A DNA stretch of 62,801 bases, counting the filler, from Sphacelaria rigidula (Eukaryota), in the NCBI GenBank assembly GCA_964200075.2. It is 11 parts of 11 records of this genome, joined end to end, with 100 filler letters (N's around TTAATTAATTAA, not from the genome) between each part and the next. Parts side by side here need not be neighbours in the genome. Positions count along the whole stretch, not along the records: positions 22,876 to 28,493 come from CAXNAA020025804.1; positions 28,594 to 34,211 come from CAXNAA020025805.1; positions 34,312 to 39,929 come from CAXNAA020025806.1; 8 more parts are not named here. The stretch is one strand, 5' to 3'. Both the position numbers and the translations under genes were made by a program. Shown in pieces: positions 25,538 to 38,206 of this stretch (its first letter is position 1; each line of letters opens with the position of its first letter). The notes under the pieces were generated by a model. The model saw nothing but the letters and a program-made list of their open reading frames with translations. It was not told where the DNA came from and ran no database searches.

Positions 25538-25840
25538 GTGTGTGTTGTCATCCTATCTATTCTGGACGCCAGTCTACACCTTTCGGTATGTGTGGGCGAT
25601 TCAGCCGGGGTCACACAGGAGGAAGGCCAACACCGGAGCGTTGTTTCAGTTCTACACCTTCCTTCTGCGGTGCTTGCCTTTTTCTTTTTATCGCGAGAGG
25701 GGTTCAGCGGTCCCTTTCCCTCGTCGACTGTGACTTCAAAATTTTGTGTACCCACAACATAGTGGGACTGCACCGGTGGTCGAACCAAAACCCAACCGTC
25801 AGAAGGTTTCGAGGTTACCAACTGAGCCACCGGGGCGACC
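25538..25840 (-). mobile_element. tRNA-derived SINE copy with a deletion after the B-box
   Basis: Minus strand GGTCGCCCCGGTGGCTCAGTTGGTAACCTCGAAACCTTCTGACGG...GGCGTCCAGAATAGAT. Confidence 0.85.
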
Positions 25841-26068
25841 GACATCTTATGGCATTGAGAAGTAGCGCTAACCCGACAAGACTCAGTTGAACCTCGCCAG
25901 AAAGCTTGTTTGCTATTTCAGCTTATTTTATTGAACGCGAGGTGAGCGACGATGTACCGTGTCTACTTCCTTCGCTATGAACCCCACCTCACCCCCCCAC
26001 CCCCCTCATTAGCCTGATCCGGCGAAACCCGGTGTGCTCCATCCCGGCTTTGTAGGGACGCACCTCGT

Positions 26069-26580
26069 ATGGGGTTGGCGTCGGTTGGCAACGACGCTGT
26101 AAAACACGCCACTCACTGCGTAAACTGTTAAACACCGATTTTGTTATGCGCGCTTGCGCTTTTTTTTGCGGTAAGCATGATGGTCGTCGAGCTAGATCAT
26201 TTTGTGTGAGGTGGGAGAACCTCAATTCCGCGCAAAGGGGGTGATCATTCGACGTAGTGTTTATATGGTGATATATTCATGAGGCAGTGGGTAAGCAGTG
26301 GTTGTCTCTGAGTGTGACGATGCCAGAAAATGAAGCTATTCAATGGAGGCTGTCGCCCAAATGCAAAACAATCAGTACGCGTGGGGCCAAACAATCTTAA
26401 CAGGATGCAGCTCACCGTTCATGCGACACGCCGAACACGTCACGGCGCTACGCGCATGGTGATTGATTGCAAACCTGTTTCGGCGAAAACCCGGCGTGCA
26501 CCGTCCCGGCTTTGTAGGGGGATGCGAGGTCAATATTCGTATGACTACGGCATGCAATATCATGAGTACCCCCCCCCCCG
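26069..26580 (+). mobile_element. Full-length polyC-L repeat, preceded by a short 3'-region fragment at 26010-26060
   Basis: ATGGGGTTGGCGTCGGTTGGC...ATCATGAGTACCCCCCC; colinear with 53696-54230. Confidence 0.85.
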
Positions 26581-28593
26581 CCCCCCCCTCCCCCGTCGCC
26601 CTTCCATCGATGAAAACTTTTTTCTCTGGCACATAACTAGGAGCACATAACTAGGAGTGTCGAAGCACAGGGTGAAGAATTTATCTCTGTCGTAGTGAGG
26701 GTCTCCGTGTAGCGCCGTACTTGAATACTTTGGCCTCCACCCCTTCCCTCCCTAAATCGCAGAATATCGCCCATCGACAAGTTTGGTTCCGCATCTGTTA
26801 GTTGTTCAAGTGGCACAGGACGCCTCTTTATCCGAACAAGTGGATGTCGAGTGTTGGTACGGAAATTGGAACGTGAGGGCCTCCAGCCGTTTTTTTCTCG
26901 TCAAGCCACGTGGGTGTAGGTTTTGTTATGCTGAGTGGGCGCTATATGCTGTCATGCGCAACCAACTGGTGGTCCCTGGTTTTGACTACTGCCGCCATTT
27001 ATTCAGCCAAGAGCATACTCTCAGCTTTGTTTTAGCAGTCTTGGTACTCCGAAGGCGTTGTTGGCGCACCTCTTGCAGGTTTTGATGCCGCACTGTATGT
27101 CACATCCTCTCAGCCGTACCCGCGGCTACTGAACCGTTCAGATGAGTTTATTTAATCAGTGCTTGTATATACAACAAATAGCAGCGGTGTAGACAGAAGT
27201 ATAGTGGTCTTGCTTTCCACTGCACACACAGACAGTACAGACAGTATGCGGTAGTTGTATCTGTACTGAGTATGGTACACCAACAGTGCGCGGCTCTTGT
27301 TGACAAAAAAGGGGATAGGTATATGGAAAATACTATAGAGAGGGATAGAGAGCATGGGAGCGCTCCCTTTTCTTGTCAATGTCTATACCAGATATTTGAT
27401 TGTTGGATTGTAAAAATACTAGGGCTGTGAGCTGGGCCAGTTTGTACTGGCAGTTAAACTGGAACAGGTGATGAGGACTCCAGTTTATCCAGTTTATATG
27501 AAGTTTGCCGTTACCGGTTATGTTTATACCCTTTTTAGTATGTTGATTTTATAACTAAGATGTTTACATGAATACGAACGAAATGACAGTGGGATTGGCG
27601 TCTGCACCTGACAACAGTACAGGTACGGACAGTACGTACAGTACTCGTGGTCACTACACTACACCTCGAAGTGATATTGCAGATATACGCAAGTTTTGTC
27701 GTTTCATAGCACATCTGGAATAAAAAATAGCAAACAAACGGTAAACCGCGACCATAAAATACAAAGTACACCATAGCTTGCAATTCAACTGCATGCGTGC
27801 TTGTGGTTCCGGACGTGAAACATGTTGCGCTCTTATCCCCGCGTGCTGCCAGCCTTGGCTTGTTTACATCTCGCTGTCCTCACGGAGAGCCTGCTGCTGC
27901 ATGTTACAGATGAATGATTTTTGAATCGCTCACCGCTTTGAATGGGATTTGAATGTCATCCGAGAGTGCCCAAAAACATAATCCAAGACCCAATGCCCCT
28001 TTTTTGAATCCTGGAGTTTTTTCGGGGGGGCGGGGTTACTAAATCCGGTGAACAAAAATACGAAATAAGATGTAAATAATAATAAAAACTGAAAAAAATA
28101 CTTATATAAAAATTAAAATTCGTTTCAACGAAGCTTTAATTCTTCGCATACTTTCGGAGCTAAGTAAGGCCAAGTTATATCTATGGGTTTCGGCAATGCA
28201 TTGCACATCACACTTCCACGACAAGAACAAGACCAGACAAATACCACAATGCTCTGCAATACTTGCTCAATTAAGCTAAACGTATCTATCTGCACCGTCG
28301 ATTTGTGTCCAATGTGCGTCGCATCTTGTGGTGGAAAATAGGGCCAACAATCCTGGGCGCTACCTCATCCAAGTCGCCCCAAGATGGCTATTTTTTCAGT
28401 GTTTCTTAGTGTGAAAAAAAAATCCAACGACCGCCAGAGGGGGGAGGGAGGAGGGGGGGGGGGGGGGTGTACTTTGCGTCTCCGGGGTTTGTGNNNNNNN
28501 NNNNNNNNNNNNNNNNNNNNNNNNNNNNNNNNNNNNNTTAATTAATTAANNNNNNNNNNNNNNNNNNNNNNNNNNNNNNNNNNNNNNNNNNNN

Positions 28594-29291
28594 CATACCA
28601 TGTGATGTTTGGACGGGCGCCGCGCACAAGTTTTTCAACCCTGGCATCGTCGACTGGCGGCGAGTGGGGACTTGATGTGCTGGATGAGGACATGCTGCGG
28701 GAGAAGGTGGCGTCAATCGTGGAGGCGCAGCAAGCGTTGCACAAGGAGGTGGCGCAGCGTGTTGAGAAGACTCGTGAACTGCAACGACGGGTAGCTAGTG
28801 AGGGACAGTTGCCAAATTTCATGGTGGGTGACTATGTGTTGGCTGCGAGGGTTAGGCGCTCAGGTACAACGCCAAAACTCGTAAGTACGTGGACAGGACC
28901 GTGGAGAATCGTGGCCGAGGAGCATCAGCATGTGTACGAAATTCAGAATATCGTCAACGGAGAGGTGAAGGACGCGCATGTCTCCCGTCTACGGTACTAC
29001 GCGAACAAGGAGCTGGCGGTCACTTCAGATCTGAAGGAAGTGTTCCTGTATGCGTTTGCGCGAGGAGAATTCGAGATGGAGGCGATCGTTGACTTGTCCG
29101 AGGTTCAAGACGGTGATGGGTTCGTTGTGCACGTGGAATGAGTAGATTTCGGCAAGGATGAGAGCTCGTGGGAGCCTCTGGAAACCATTGTGGAAGGAGC
29201 CCCGCAGTTTGTATGTTCTGAATTGCGTAAGTTGCGACTAACAAAGCAGGTACGGGCGCGTTTGCTCGCTAAGTATGGGCTCAAGCTGTGA
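28594..29291 (+). pseudogene. Ty3/gypsy pol 3' end: integrase C-terminus (GPY/F) and chromodomain, one in-frame stop
   Basis: YHVMFGRAPR...FMVGDYVL...KLVSTWTGPWRI...AHVSRLRYY; FEMEAIVD...VVHVE*VDFGKDESSWEPLETI (TGA at 29139-29141 in the expected Trp position). Confidence 0.9.
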
Positions 29292-29433
29292 TTGATTGGG
29301 TTTCAAGCTGTGATTGGTTGTTGGCGTAGTTCATGGATTCTATTATGCAATTTGGTGTACGTTGAATATACCGCTTGGTTATTGTTTGCCCAACATGTTG
29401 GAGTAGTTCGTGCTGGTGTGTTGAGATTATACT

Positions 29434-29660
29434 GGGGGGGGTGTCGTGATTTGACCTGATGCGGTCTGATAATGCTTGTCTCTTGTTGACATCGTAGAGT
29501 ACTGTCGGTGTCTACTATTTTGTCAAATTCGCTTTCTACTTCAAGTAGTGCGAAGTTCTGGAGGGTGCTGTAGAGTAGTCCACCTACAGTATCCATCATG
29601 TAGATATACGGCGGATCCTGGATTTATTGTTTCGAGGATGACTATTGGATGCGTAACATA
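29434..29660 (+). mobile_element. Gypsy PPT (GGGGGGGG) and start of the 3' LTR (TGTCGTG at 29442); LTR end not determined
   Basis: G-tract followed by TG ~140 bp after the pol stop. Confidence 0.55.
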
Positions 29661-29917
29661 TCGTGTTCGTGAGGAAAGCCCGTGAAGCTTACTTCTGGTT
29701 AAAGAAGACTGCCGTTTGTATAACTGCTTGAAGTCTTGAAGTCTCTGGAGCCCGTGACTGGGAGGAAGCCTGTGGAGCAGCACTGTAACCTTGTCCTGAT
29801 TGCAGGCAGGTTCACACCCCCTCGGGTCCGGCGACACCGAGGCAAGCGATCCCTAAATTGGCTGATGTTCCGGCCCGCATTTTGGGTTGATCCGATGCGG
29901 ACACACCTGACCGTCCA

Positions 29918-31321
29918 TTGTCTTCTACTGCAGCCCACGCCTTAGCAACCGCTGCGGCTGACAAAGAACGTTCCGAAGCTAGTAAAAACGCAGCTTTCGA
30001 TAGAGCCAAGTCTGCCCGAGTAGCTGCAATACAGAGACAGTATATTCAGATGGATGTGAAAAAGCTCTGGCACATTAAGATCATGCCTGCTGCGGAGAAC
30101 GGAGATTCGGGCCAGTTTACCTCTGTCCTCATCACGTCCATTCGCCGCACTGTTTGTAACATTCTTCACTTGGCGGATTCAACGGGCACACAACGTTCTG
30201 AAGATTCCGATTGGGTAGACGGCTGGCAGACTCCCTTGCATAAAGCATTGCATCGATCCATCAGCCGCCGCTCTCCCGACATCGCTGCCTTTTTAACACA
30301 GATCCTCGACGGCTTCCTCGCATCGTGCTGAGGGGAAGATAGGTCCGGTATTGCTCTCTGATTTGGAGACGCGTTTGATTGGCTATTTTGATCAAGGTGA
30401 CCAAGCCAGCGCCATTCAGAGGCTGAATCTTTTTGCTGTCGCATCGGATGTCCCATTTGCAGATTATCTCCGCGATTTTAAGCTTTTGGTTTCTGGGACT
30501 ACGGGTGTCAGATGCCAAGACGGACCGAGCGATGCAATCTATCAGACGTACGTTCGCAATGGCGTTGCTCAACATTATCCGGCTCTGATGCCGTCGTTGT
30601 TTCCGGGTGTCTTGGCGCATCGCAAGGTGCCTTACGCCCCTGTTGATATTATGTTGTCTGCTTTTGTACACCAAGAGGGTAATCTAGCGCCCGCCATACG
30701 TGGCAAACCTTCTACATTTGTGCTACGGTTGTGTCTTCCGCTCATGCCCAAGGGGCTCGTGGCAGGAATTCGAGCTCGTCTCGCGCTTCACGGACCCCCG
30801 CCTCGGTCGCCGGTTCAGTTATGCATGTTTAGAGTGCCAGAGATGCATTTAGCGCGAGTTTTGATGGTTGGCCGTTTTCCGAGGAAACTTGGGATTAAGT
30901 TTATTTCACTTCAACAACGGCATTCATTACCGATTTCCCCCATTTGTGGAACCCCCTTCTTTCGTCTTCCGCTAGACGCAATACCTTCAGCAGTCATGCC
31001 ATCAGTTGCATCAATGCCTTTGATCTCATGAACCCTGAATTGCAGGACAATGAACCAGCGTGGCGCCGATGGCAAAAACTCATGCGCGGCTACCGCTCAC
31101 CTAATCGAAATTACTGTAACAATTCGAATCAACATGGCAGCAAAAGCTCTAATCGCGGTCGCCGACAAAACAACAATCACGCAAGCCCTCGCCAGAACGA
31201 TCAAAATTCTCGCGACAACAAACGTTCCGCTGATAGACACCAGCGGACGGGACCGACACAAAGCTCGAATCCCAACACCAGAAACCCTGGTACCTTCACT
31301 ACGGATCGCCTAGATCCATGA
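29918..31321 (+). pseudogene. gag-like ORF1 of a retroelement (possibly DIRS/Ngaro type), disrupted
   Basis: Three near-contiguous ORFs (137, 226 and 125 aa) broken by a stop and frameshifts; helical core YFDQGDQASAIQRL..PFADYLRDFKLLV..QHYPALMPSLFPG and N/R-rich basic tail; family call is from memory, not from a search. Confidence 0.55.
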
Positions 31322-31420
31322 CGTGCCGACGCTGGCGTTCTTCGGTTTTTCACGCCGCCGACAGCACAAGCGAAGATTTTCTCCACACAGCCCGTGGAAT
31401 CCGTGACTAATATTGATCAC

Positions 31421-31958
31421 CCGACTTCCCCGGCACTATCCAAGAGAATAACTGACGCCCGTTCAAATCGACCCCCGTCTCCAACCTCCACACACTTTTG
31501 AACACAGCCCGCAGAGCCCGAAACTACGATTGTTCGCCCGACTCCCCCGGCACTATACAGGAGCGCAACTGACGGCCGTTCAGATCGACCCCCGTCTTCA
31601 CCCCTCCGCACATCGCGCAACAGTTGTGTCACCCCGCGACTCAGACCTACACCCGGCTTTGAACTTGGTCCTTCAGTGCCGAGTATAAGTCTGAGGTGTA
31701 AGAGGACCAACCGCCAGTCCCTGAGGCAAAGGCTTCCCTCAGCGACCGCACGCACAGGTAGTAGCAAGCCTTCTCCAGCTGACCCACCAAGTGTTTTTGA
31801 TTTGAACTTGACCACATCGGATCATGGAATTCCTAATCCGCCAGTCCCTGAGGCAAAGGCTTCCCTCAGCGACCGCACGCACAGGTAGTAGCAAGCCTTC
31901 TCCAGCTGACCCAAGTGTTGCTGATTTGAAATTGACCACATCGGATCATGGAATTCCT
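31421..31958 (+). repeat. Two tandem duplications (~117-bp period diverged pair; 127-bp period near-identical pair)
   Basis: CCGACT.CCCCGGCACTAT at 31421 and 31538; CCGCCAGTCCCTGAGGCAAAGG at 31711 and 31838. Confidence 0.9.
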
Positions 31959-33175
31959 GATCAGTTGGATCGAGCTCCTCCCCCGCGATTTTCAACATGC
32001 ACGGACCTACCTTCGGCTGGTTCTGATAACACCCACCCCAACATATCTTCGGCTATGACCCAACAGCCAAGCTTGCCTACGGAAAGCAGCCCACAAGTTT
32101 CGCTCCGTCATGCCCCGATGCTGACACCATCCACGCAACTGGACGCAGTTGTGGTTTTATCCCAAAATATTTTGGAAGTTCCCCGACCTTTGTCACGGCG
32201 AAAGAGAAAGCCCCGTAAGCAGGCCCCCGAGGACGCGCGCGCATCATTACGTACACCTCTTTCGAGCGGAAATCCTCGACCTCAATCTCTCCCAAATGCG
32301 ACGACTTTGAGTTCGACAGCTCTATCAAGTATCCCGGAAGAAACAAAATCAAATAGTTCTGACGGCACTACTTCTTCAATCGACTACTCCAGCCCCGCAC
32401 AATCTGGATCCCCCTTGGACGGTGATCCTTGTCAACCAAAGACGATCATTTACGAAATCACCAATGGCCACTCTGACCGTGCCACACCTGGAAATAATAT
32501 ACCATCCACCCCCTTCTCTGGTGAGACATCTGACCCACCGGCGGACTGTCATGAGGAAGATAGAGAGGCGTTATTTGTTCCTTCAGACAGTTTTGGGGCA
32601 GGTTGGCTCACAGATCACCTGATCCAGCCATGGGAATGCTTCCAAAGTTCTGGGAAAGGTTGATGTTCAGGCTGCGTTCTAGGGAAGATTAGTGTGCAGG
32701 CTGACATGCCCTGGCCCCGAGGAGGCAAACGCCTTCTCGGGCCGAATTCAGATAGGTTGCGTCGCATGTACCCATGCATCCTCGCTCACTCTTGAGCTAT
32801 CCTTCGAGCTGGACCATCTGCTCCTACTGTTTACCACTGGTGAGAACAGTGTGCTGGGCGATCACGGGGATAATCAGTGAGAGTTAAAAAGATATCAAGC
32901 CTTTGAGCTCCTTTTGTTTGTTGCTACTGTGACCAACAGTCACGTGAACCTGCACGTGTGCATTTGCAGCTTGCTTTACTCGGACACCTGGTGCGTTTGT
33001 GCACCTACTCAAGCCTGCAGCACACTGATCATAGCTAGGAAGGCGTTGGACCTTGTGTCTACCTCCATCTATATCACACTAAACACACCCCAGAACAGTG
33101 ATAGCTACAGCACATGAGAGCGTAAGTGAGTGTGTTTGTGCTGCAGTGCAGTGAGACAAGACATGTCCTATGTTT

Positions 33176-33619
33176 AACACGGGATCTTACAAATTGGGGA
33201 TGGATCTTTTATTGGGGATGAGAAACCCGGAGAATTAAAATTCTCGTATCTAAACCAAATCTTCGAAATATAGTTCCACTTTTTCACTTACCGATAGCTA
33301 TTGACAACTGCTACACGCCATAGAAATTTAGATCTCAATAACCGAAATGTTGGGGTCCTAGGTGAAGAGCCAATCTTGGGGAACCCCGGGTGTCCGAACG
33401 GACGCCAAAATGGTTCCGGAATTATTTTTTCACCTGGGACCCCAAAAGTTCGGTAGTCCAAATCCAAATTTCTTAAGCGTGTAGCACTTTTCGATAGCTA
33501 TCAGTATGTGAAGACATAGAACTATATTTCGAAGATTTGGTCTGGATACGAAGATTTTAATTCTCTAGGTTTCTCATCCCCAGTCAAAGTTCAATCTCCA
33601 ATTTGTAAGATCCCGTTGT
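33176..33619. mobile_element. Foldback MITE (AACACGGGATCTTACAAAT...), ~190-bp TIRs, TSD GTTT
   Basis: Self-complementary arms; GTTT at 33172-33175 and 33620-33623. Confidence 0.85.
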
Positions 33620-34489
33620 GTTTGAGTTCTTCGGCTGATTTCCAACGGGCCCTCAGTGTTTGCAGGGTGCTGATCTTGAACGCTCGGACATGATCGCCCT
33701 TCGCACAGACAATTTTGGTTGCTACAAAATTATCCGCATGTATGGGTCCTATGCCGTGTCTTGCCGTGGCCGCGAGCTCTGGCACCGATGCGGCAGCAGC
33801 AGTCATGCTGACGGGTGCAAGCAGTACCCTGGCGGTGCAGCATATCTGCACTGTACTGTGCGTCGCTCCTTTCAGTGGAACATGGGGTCTGGCCCAGCCG
33901 GTCGAGCGGTGAATACTGGTGCTGGTTGCGTGACTTTACTCAGCAGTGTTCGGTATCGCGCAAGTGATGGATCCGGGTAAGATGAAATTTTGAATTTTCA
34001 ACAGTCAAGTGTGTAGACAGCACTGCGTCCTGACTGATACTATATCTTGCAGCTTGGTTACAGAGAGACGAACGCAACAATACAGCACATCAAGCAATCT
34101 CAGCTGAGACCAAACCGTCTTCGCAAGGTCTAAACACACCCCAGAACAAACAGTGTTTTCGTGAGATTGAGAGTAGATGATACGATTGAGGGTGGAAAGC
34201 GGTCAATCAGTNNNNNNNNNNNNNNNNNNNNNNNNNNNNNNNNNNNNNNNNNNNNTTAATTAATTAANNNNNNNNNNNNNNNNNNNNNNNNNNNNNNNNN
34301 NNNNNNNNNNNTATTGGTCGTGTAAAAAAAAGTGGTCTTGCCCTGGGCACTATACGGACGGGAAGTGAGCGGACACAGCTAGGGGATGCTTTTTGATGGA
34401 AGGGTATGGAAGGGTGGAGATTCATATCACCATGAGCAAAATTCATCGTTTATCAGCTATCATTTGTGTCGTGGTAGACAAAACTTGAG

Positions 34490-37265
34490 CGAGAGATGGG
34501 TGAGGAGGAAGGCTCGCGTGTGAAGGGAGCGACCTCGGGATTTGTTGCTGATTTGGGTGGTATACTCGAGGGGATGGGGACAAGGAAGGAGGGCTTTCAA
34601 GTTAGAGAGGTCGAGCTTCAGATTTTTCGTCCCTCCGGGTGCTGGACGCGTGGTAGTAGGGCGAGCAAGAGGTAGGGCTTTTTATGGAGGAGGTCGAGCG
34701 TGGCATTTGGTGCCTCCCCAGGTGCTAGACGCGTGGGAGTGGGGGCAGGGACGGCAGAGGACGACGACTTTGCTTCTTGATGACGCCGAGGCTGGGAATG
34801 TTTGTGTGTCACCCGGATGCTGTACGCATGGGAGTGCGGCCGGGGATGGAGGAGGCCTCACTTTTTCATGAATTCGAGGTGGGGACTTCTGTCTCCCCTG
34901 GGTGCTGTACTTCGTGCATCACCTACGATATGCGCCGTGGAAGACGAAGCTCGAACGGGAAAGAAATAGGGAGGGGATAGACTTGCTTGTCAAGGAACTG
35001 AGCGTAGGATTTGTTGATGATCTAGATGCTATGCGTGTGGGAGTAGGGGCGAGAAAGAAGGAGGGCTCGCATTTGCAGAAGGTCGAGCTCGGCAATTGAT
35101 TGTTGTTGCCCGGGGGCGATACGCGTGGGAGTGGGAAAGGGAAAGAGGGAAGACTTGCTTTGTAGAGAACGTCGAGCTTGACATTTTCTTGTGGGGTGTT
35201 GCACGCATGAAAGTGAGGAAGAAGGATGAGGGCTCGCGTTTGCAGCAGGTCGAGCTCGGGGTTGGTTGTCGTCCCGGGTGCTGAATACGTGGGAATGGAA
35301 AAAAGGGAAGGGGGAGGACTTGCTTTGTAGAGAAAGTCGATCTTGACGTTTTGCCTGCGGGGTGTTATACGCGTGGGAGTGGGGGCGAGGAAGAAGGAAG
35401 GCTCGAACTTGCAGAAGGTCGAGCTCGGGATTTGTTGATGCCTTGAATGCGATACGCGTGGGAGTGGGAAAGGGAAAGAGGGAGGACTTGCTTTGTAGAG
35501 AAAGTCGAGCTTGGCATTGCTTATGGGGTTTGTCAGGCGTCGGAGTGGAGGCGAGGAAGAAGGAGGGCTCGCATTTGGGGAAGGTCGAGCTCGGGGTTGG
35601 TTGTCGCCCCGGGTGCTGAAAGCGTGGGAGTGCAGAAAGGGGGGGAGGGAGGACTTGCTTTGTAGAGAAAGCCGGGCTTGACATTCCTTGTAGGGTGTTA
35701 TACGCATGGAAGTAGCGACGAGGAAGAAGCGCCGTAACAGAAGGACAGATCACATTTGCGGAAGATCGTGTTTGAGTGTTTTTGTCGCCCTGGGTGCGAT
35801 ACGCTTGGGAGTAGGAAGTGGAAGAGAGAGAACTTACTTTGTCAAGAAAGTGAAGGTTGACGTTGCTTATGGGGTGTTACACGAGTGGGAGTGGGGGCGA
35901 GAAAGGAGGAGAGCTCGCATTTGCAGAAGGGCGAGCTCGGGAGTTGTTGTCGTGAACGCGTGAGAGTAGGAACGGGGAAGAGGGAAGACTTGCTGTGTGG
36001 AGAAAGTGAAGCTTGACATTGCTTGTGGGGTGGTACGCGCGTGGGAGTGGGGGTAAGGAAGAAGGAGGTCTTGCATTTGCAGAAGGTCGAGCTCGGGGTT
36101 TGTTGTCGCCCTGAGTGCGATACGCGTGGGAGTGGGAAAGGAAAAGAGGGAAGACTTGCTTTGCGAAGAAAGTTGAGCTTAGCATTGCTTGTGGACACAT
36201 GTGGAAGTGGAGGCGAGGAAGAAGGAGGACTCGCATTTGCAAAGCGTCGAGCATGGGTTTGTTGTCGCCCTGGGTGCTGAATGCTTGAGATTGGGGGCGG
36301 GAATGGCGGAGGGCGGAAGGCTTGCTCTTTTGAGGTTGAGATTTGTTGTCGCCTTGGGTGGTGTGGTTCATATCTTCACCTACGGAAAGCCTCGTAGTAG
36401 ACAGCGTGTGAGCATAGAGGGTTCAATGACGAGGGAACCTTGTTTTGAAGGAATCGACCTCGGGATTCGCTGTTGATTCGGATGATATACGCCTGGAATG
36501 GGGATCGAAGAGGATTGAAGGCCTGCTCGCGGAGGAAGTCCAGCTCGGGAGTTGTCGCCCCGGGTGCGATACGAGAAGAAGTGAGGGCGGACAAGAGGGA
36601 GGGCTCGCTTGTAGAGAAGGTCAAGCCTGACATTGCCTGTGAGGTATTATACGTGCCGGATGGGAAGCGGAAGACAGAAGGCTTCCATGTCGTGTAAGCC
36701 GACCTCGAGAGTTGATGTTTCGCCGTGTGCTATACGCAAAGAAATGAAGGCGAAAAAGAGGGAGGGCTTCCGTGCAGAAGGAGTCGAGGGTGAGATTTGC
36801 TGTCACCCTGAGTGCTAAGTGCGTGGGCGTGGATGCGGGGAAGGGAGAGCGCTTACCCGTGGGAAAAATCGAGGCTGTCACCCTAGGTGGTGTACGCATG
36901 GGAGTGCGGGGGCGGGGACGGCGGAGGATTTACTTTTTGATGTAGTCGAAGTTAAGAGTTTCTGTCGCCCTGGGTGCTATCCTGTACATATGGCACTCAT
37001 GGTATGCGTCGTGGTAGGCAAAATCCGAGCGGGGGAGGGATCGGTGACGGGGAGGGAATTAAGTTTACGAATCGTTGATTATTTGGGTGGTATATATCTG
37101 CGTTGGGGGGCAAGGAAAAGCGGAGGATTGCCTGTATATAATTTTTACTTGGAGAGCTATTGTCACCCCGGGTGCTATACGCGAGGGAGTGGGGACGGGG
37201 AACGGAAAGGGCTTGCTCGTCGAGGAAGTCGAGCTTGAGATTTGTTGTCGCCTCGGGTGGTGAAC
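34490..37265. repeat. Diverged tandem satellite, ~84-bp monomers in a ~168-bp A/B higher-order unit
   Basis: GAGGGCTCGCATTTGCAGAAGGTCGAGCTC at ~35061, 35228, 35397, 35563 alternating with GACTTGCTTTGTAGAGAAAGTCGAGCTT at ~35152, 35317, 35485, 35652. Confidence 0.85.
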
Positions 37266-37917
37266 TTCGCCTATCACGTGTGCTACGCATTGTAGCAGGA
37301 GGAATTTGACTAGGAAGGGAGAGGGCGAGTGGACGGGGCGGAGCTAGGTCATGTTCGTGTTGTCATGTATAGGAGCTTGTTTTTCGTGCTGCAGCACAGG
37401 TGGAATCTCGAGAGAAAGTGCGTCCGTGCTTCGATCCTTCCATGCGCATAGGAACCCCACCCCCACGCCCGTTGAAGTCCCCTGTGTGTGTGTTTATCGC
37501 GTTCCTGCGAGTGGTTGGCCGCTGTACCGGATATGAAATTGGTGAAAGACGAGGAACCAACGCATGTTGCTCTCACGTAAGGGAGAGCGTGCACGGCTAG
37601 ATAGATACCAGTTGCTTTCTTTGTACTTCCGTCGTCTGTTTTTTCCAGGGGTTTCAATGTCGTGCCCGCTTGTGTGGGTGATGCCGAGGCTGCCGGCGAC
37701 TCTGTCATGAAAAACAGGCCCTGCATGATTGATGAGCACTTCGGACGCGAGATGCCAGAGATTGACCATAGACCGACCACTAGAAATGTGTAACGAATAA
37801 CTGCTTTGCACTAGATTACACCGCCAAATTTCATGAGGAGGGAATCAAGCACCACAGGTTACACGGTATATCTTCCTCTGGAGTTGTCCTCGCCAACAGA
37901 GAAGAAGAGCAGCTGCT

Positions 37918-38206
37918 AATAAGACCCATTATTGACACTGTTTCTTCGGACATCTCGGAAATTTTCGGACTCTTCAGAATCTGAGTGCAGACTTCTTCCA
38001 AAACGAAGCGGCTTGATTTTTTCTGCGAAGCTTCATTTTTGCAGAAGTCAGTCTGAAACATTCGGACTGCAACCCAGCACTTTGGAGAGCTGCCCTGTGT
38101 GTAAACCGTGGCGCTCGCAAGCATTCGAGAGTCATCAGGTACCTTGACAGTCCCGAAATAATCGGAGATCTCCGAACAAACAGGATCGATAATATTGTGC
38201 CTAATG
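37918..38206. repeat. Imperfect inverted repeat (~60-bp arms), probable old MITE
   Basis: CTGTTTCTTCGGACATCTCGGAAATTTTCGGACT versus reverse complement CTGTTTGTTCGGAGATCTCCGATTATTTCGGGACT. Confidence 0.5.

Noticed and set aside
31824..32663. 279-aa ORF as a standalone gene
   Set aside because: Low-complexity Ser/Pro sequence starting inside a tandem repeat; no domain recognised.
34919..36371. Long ORFs (262, 243, 164 aa) as C2H2 zinc-finger or LRR proteins because of the 84-bp period
   Set aside because: No CxxC..HxxxH or LxxLxLxxN spacing; frames shift between units; stop-poor composition explains the ORF lengths.
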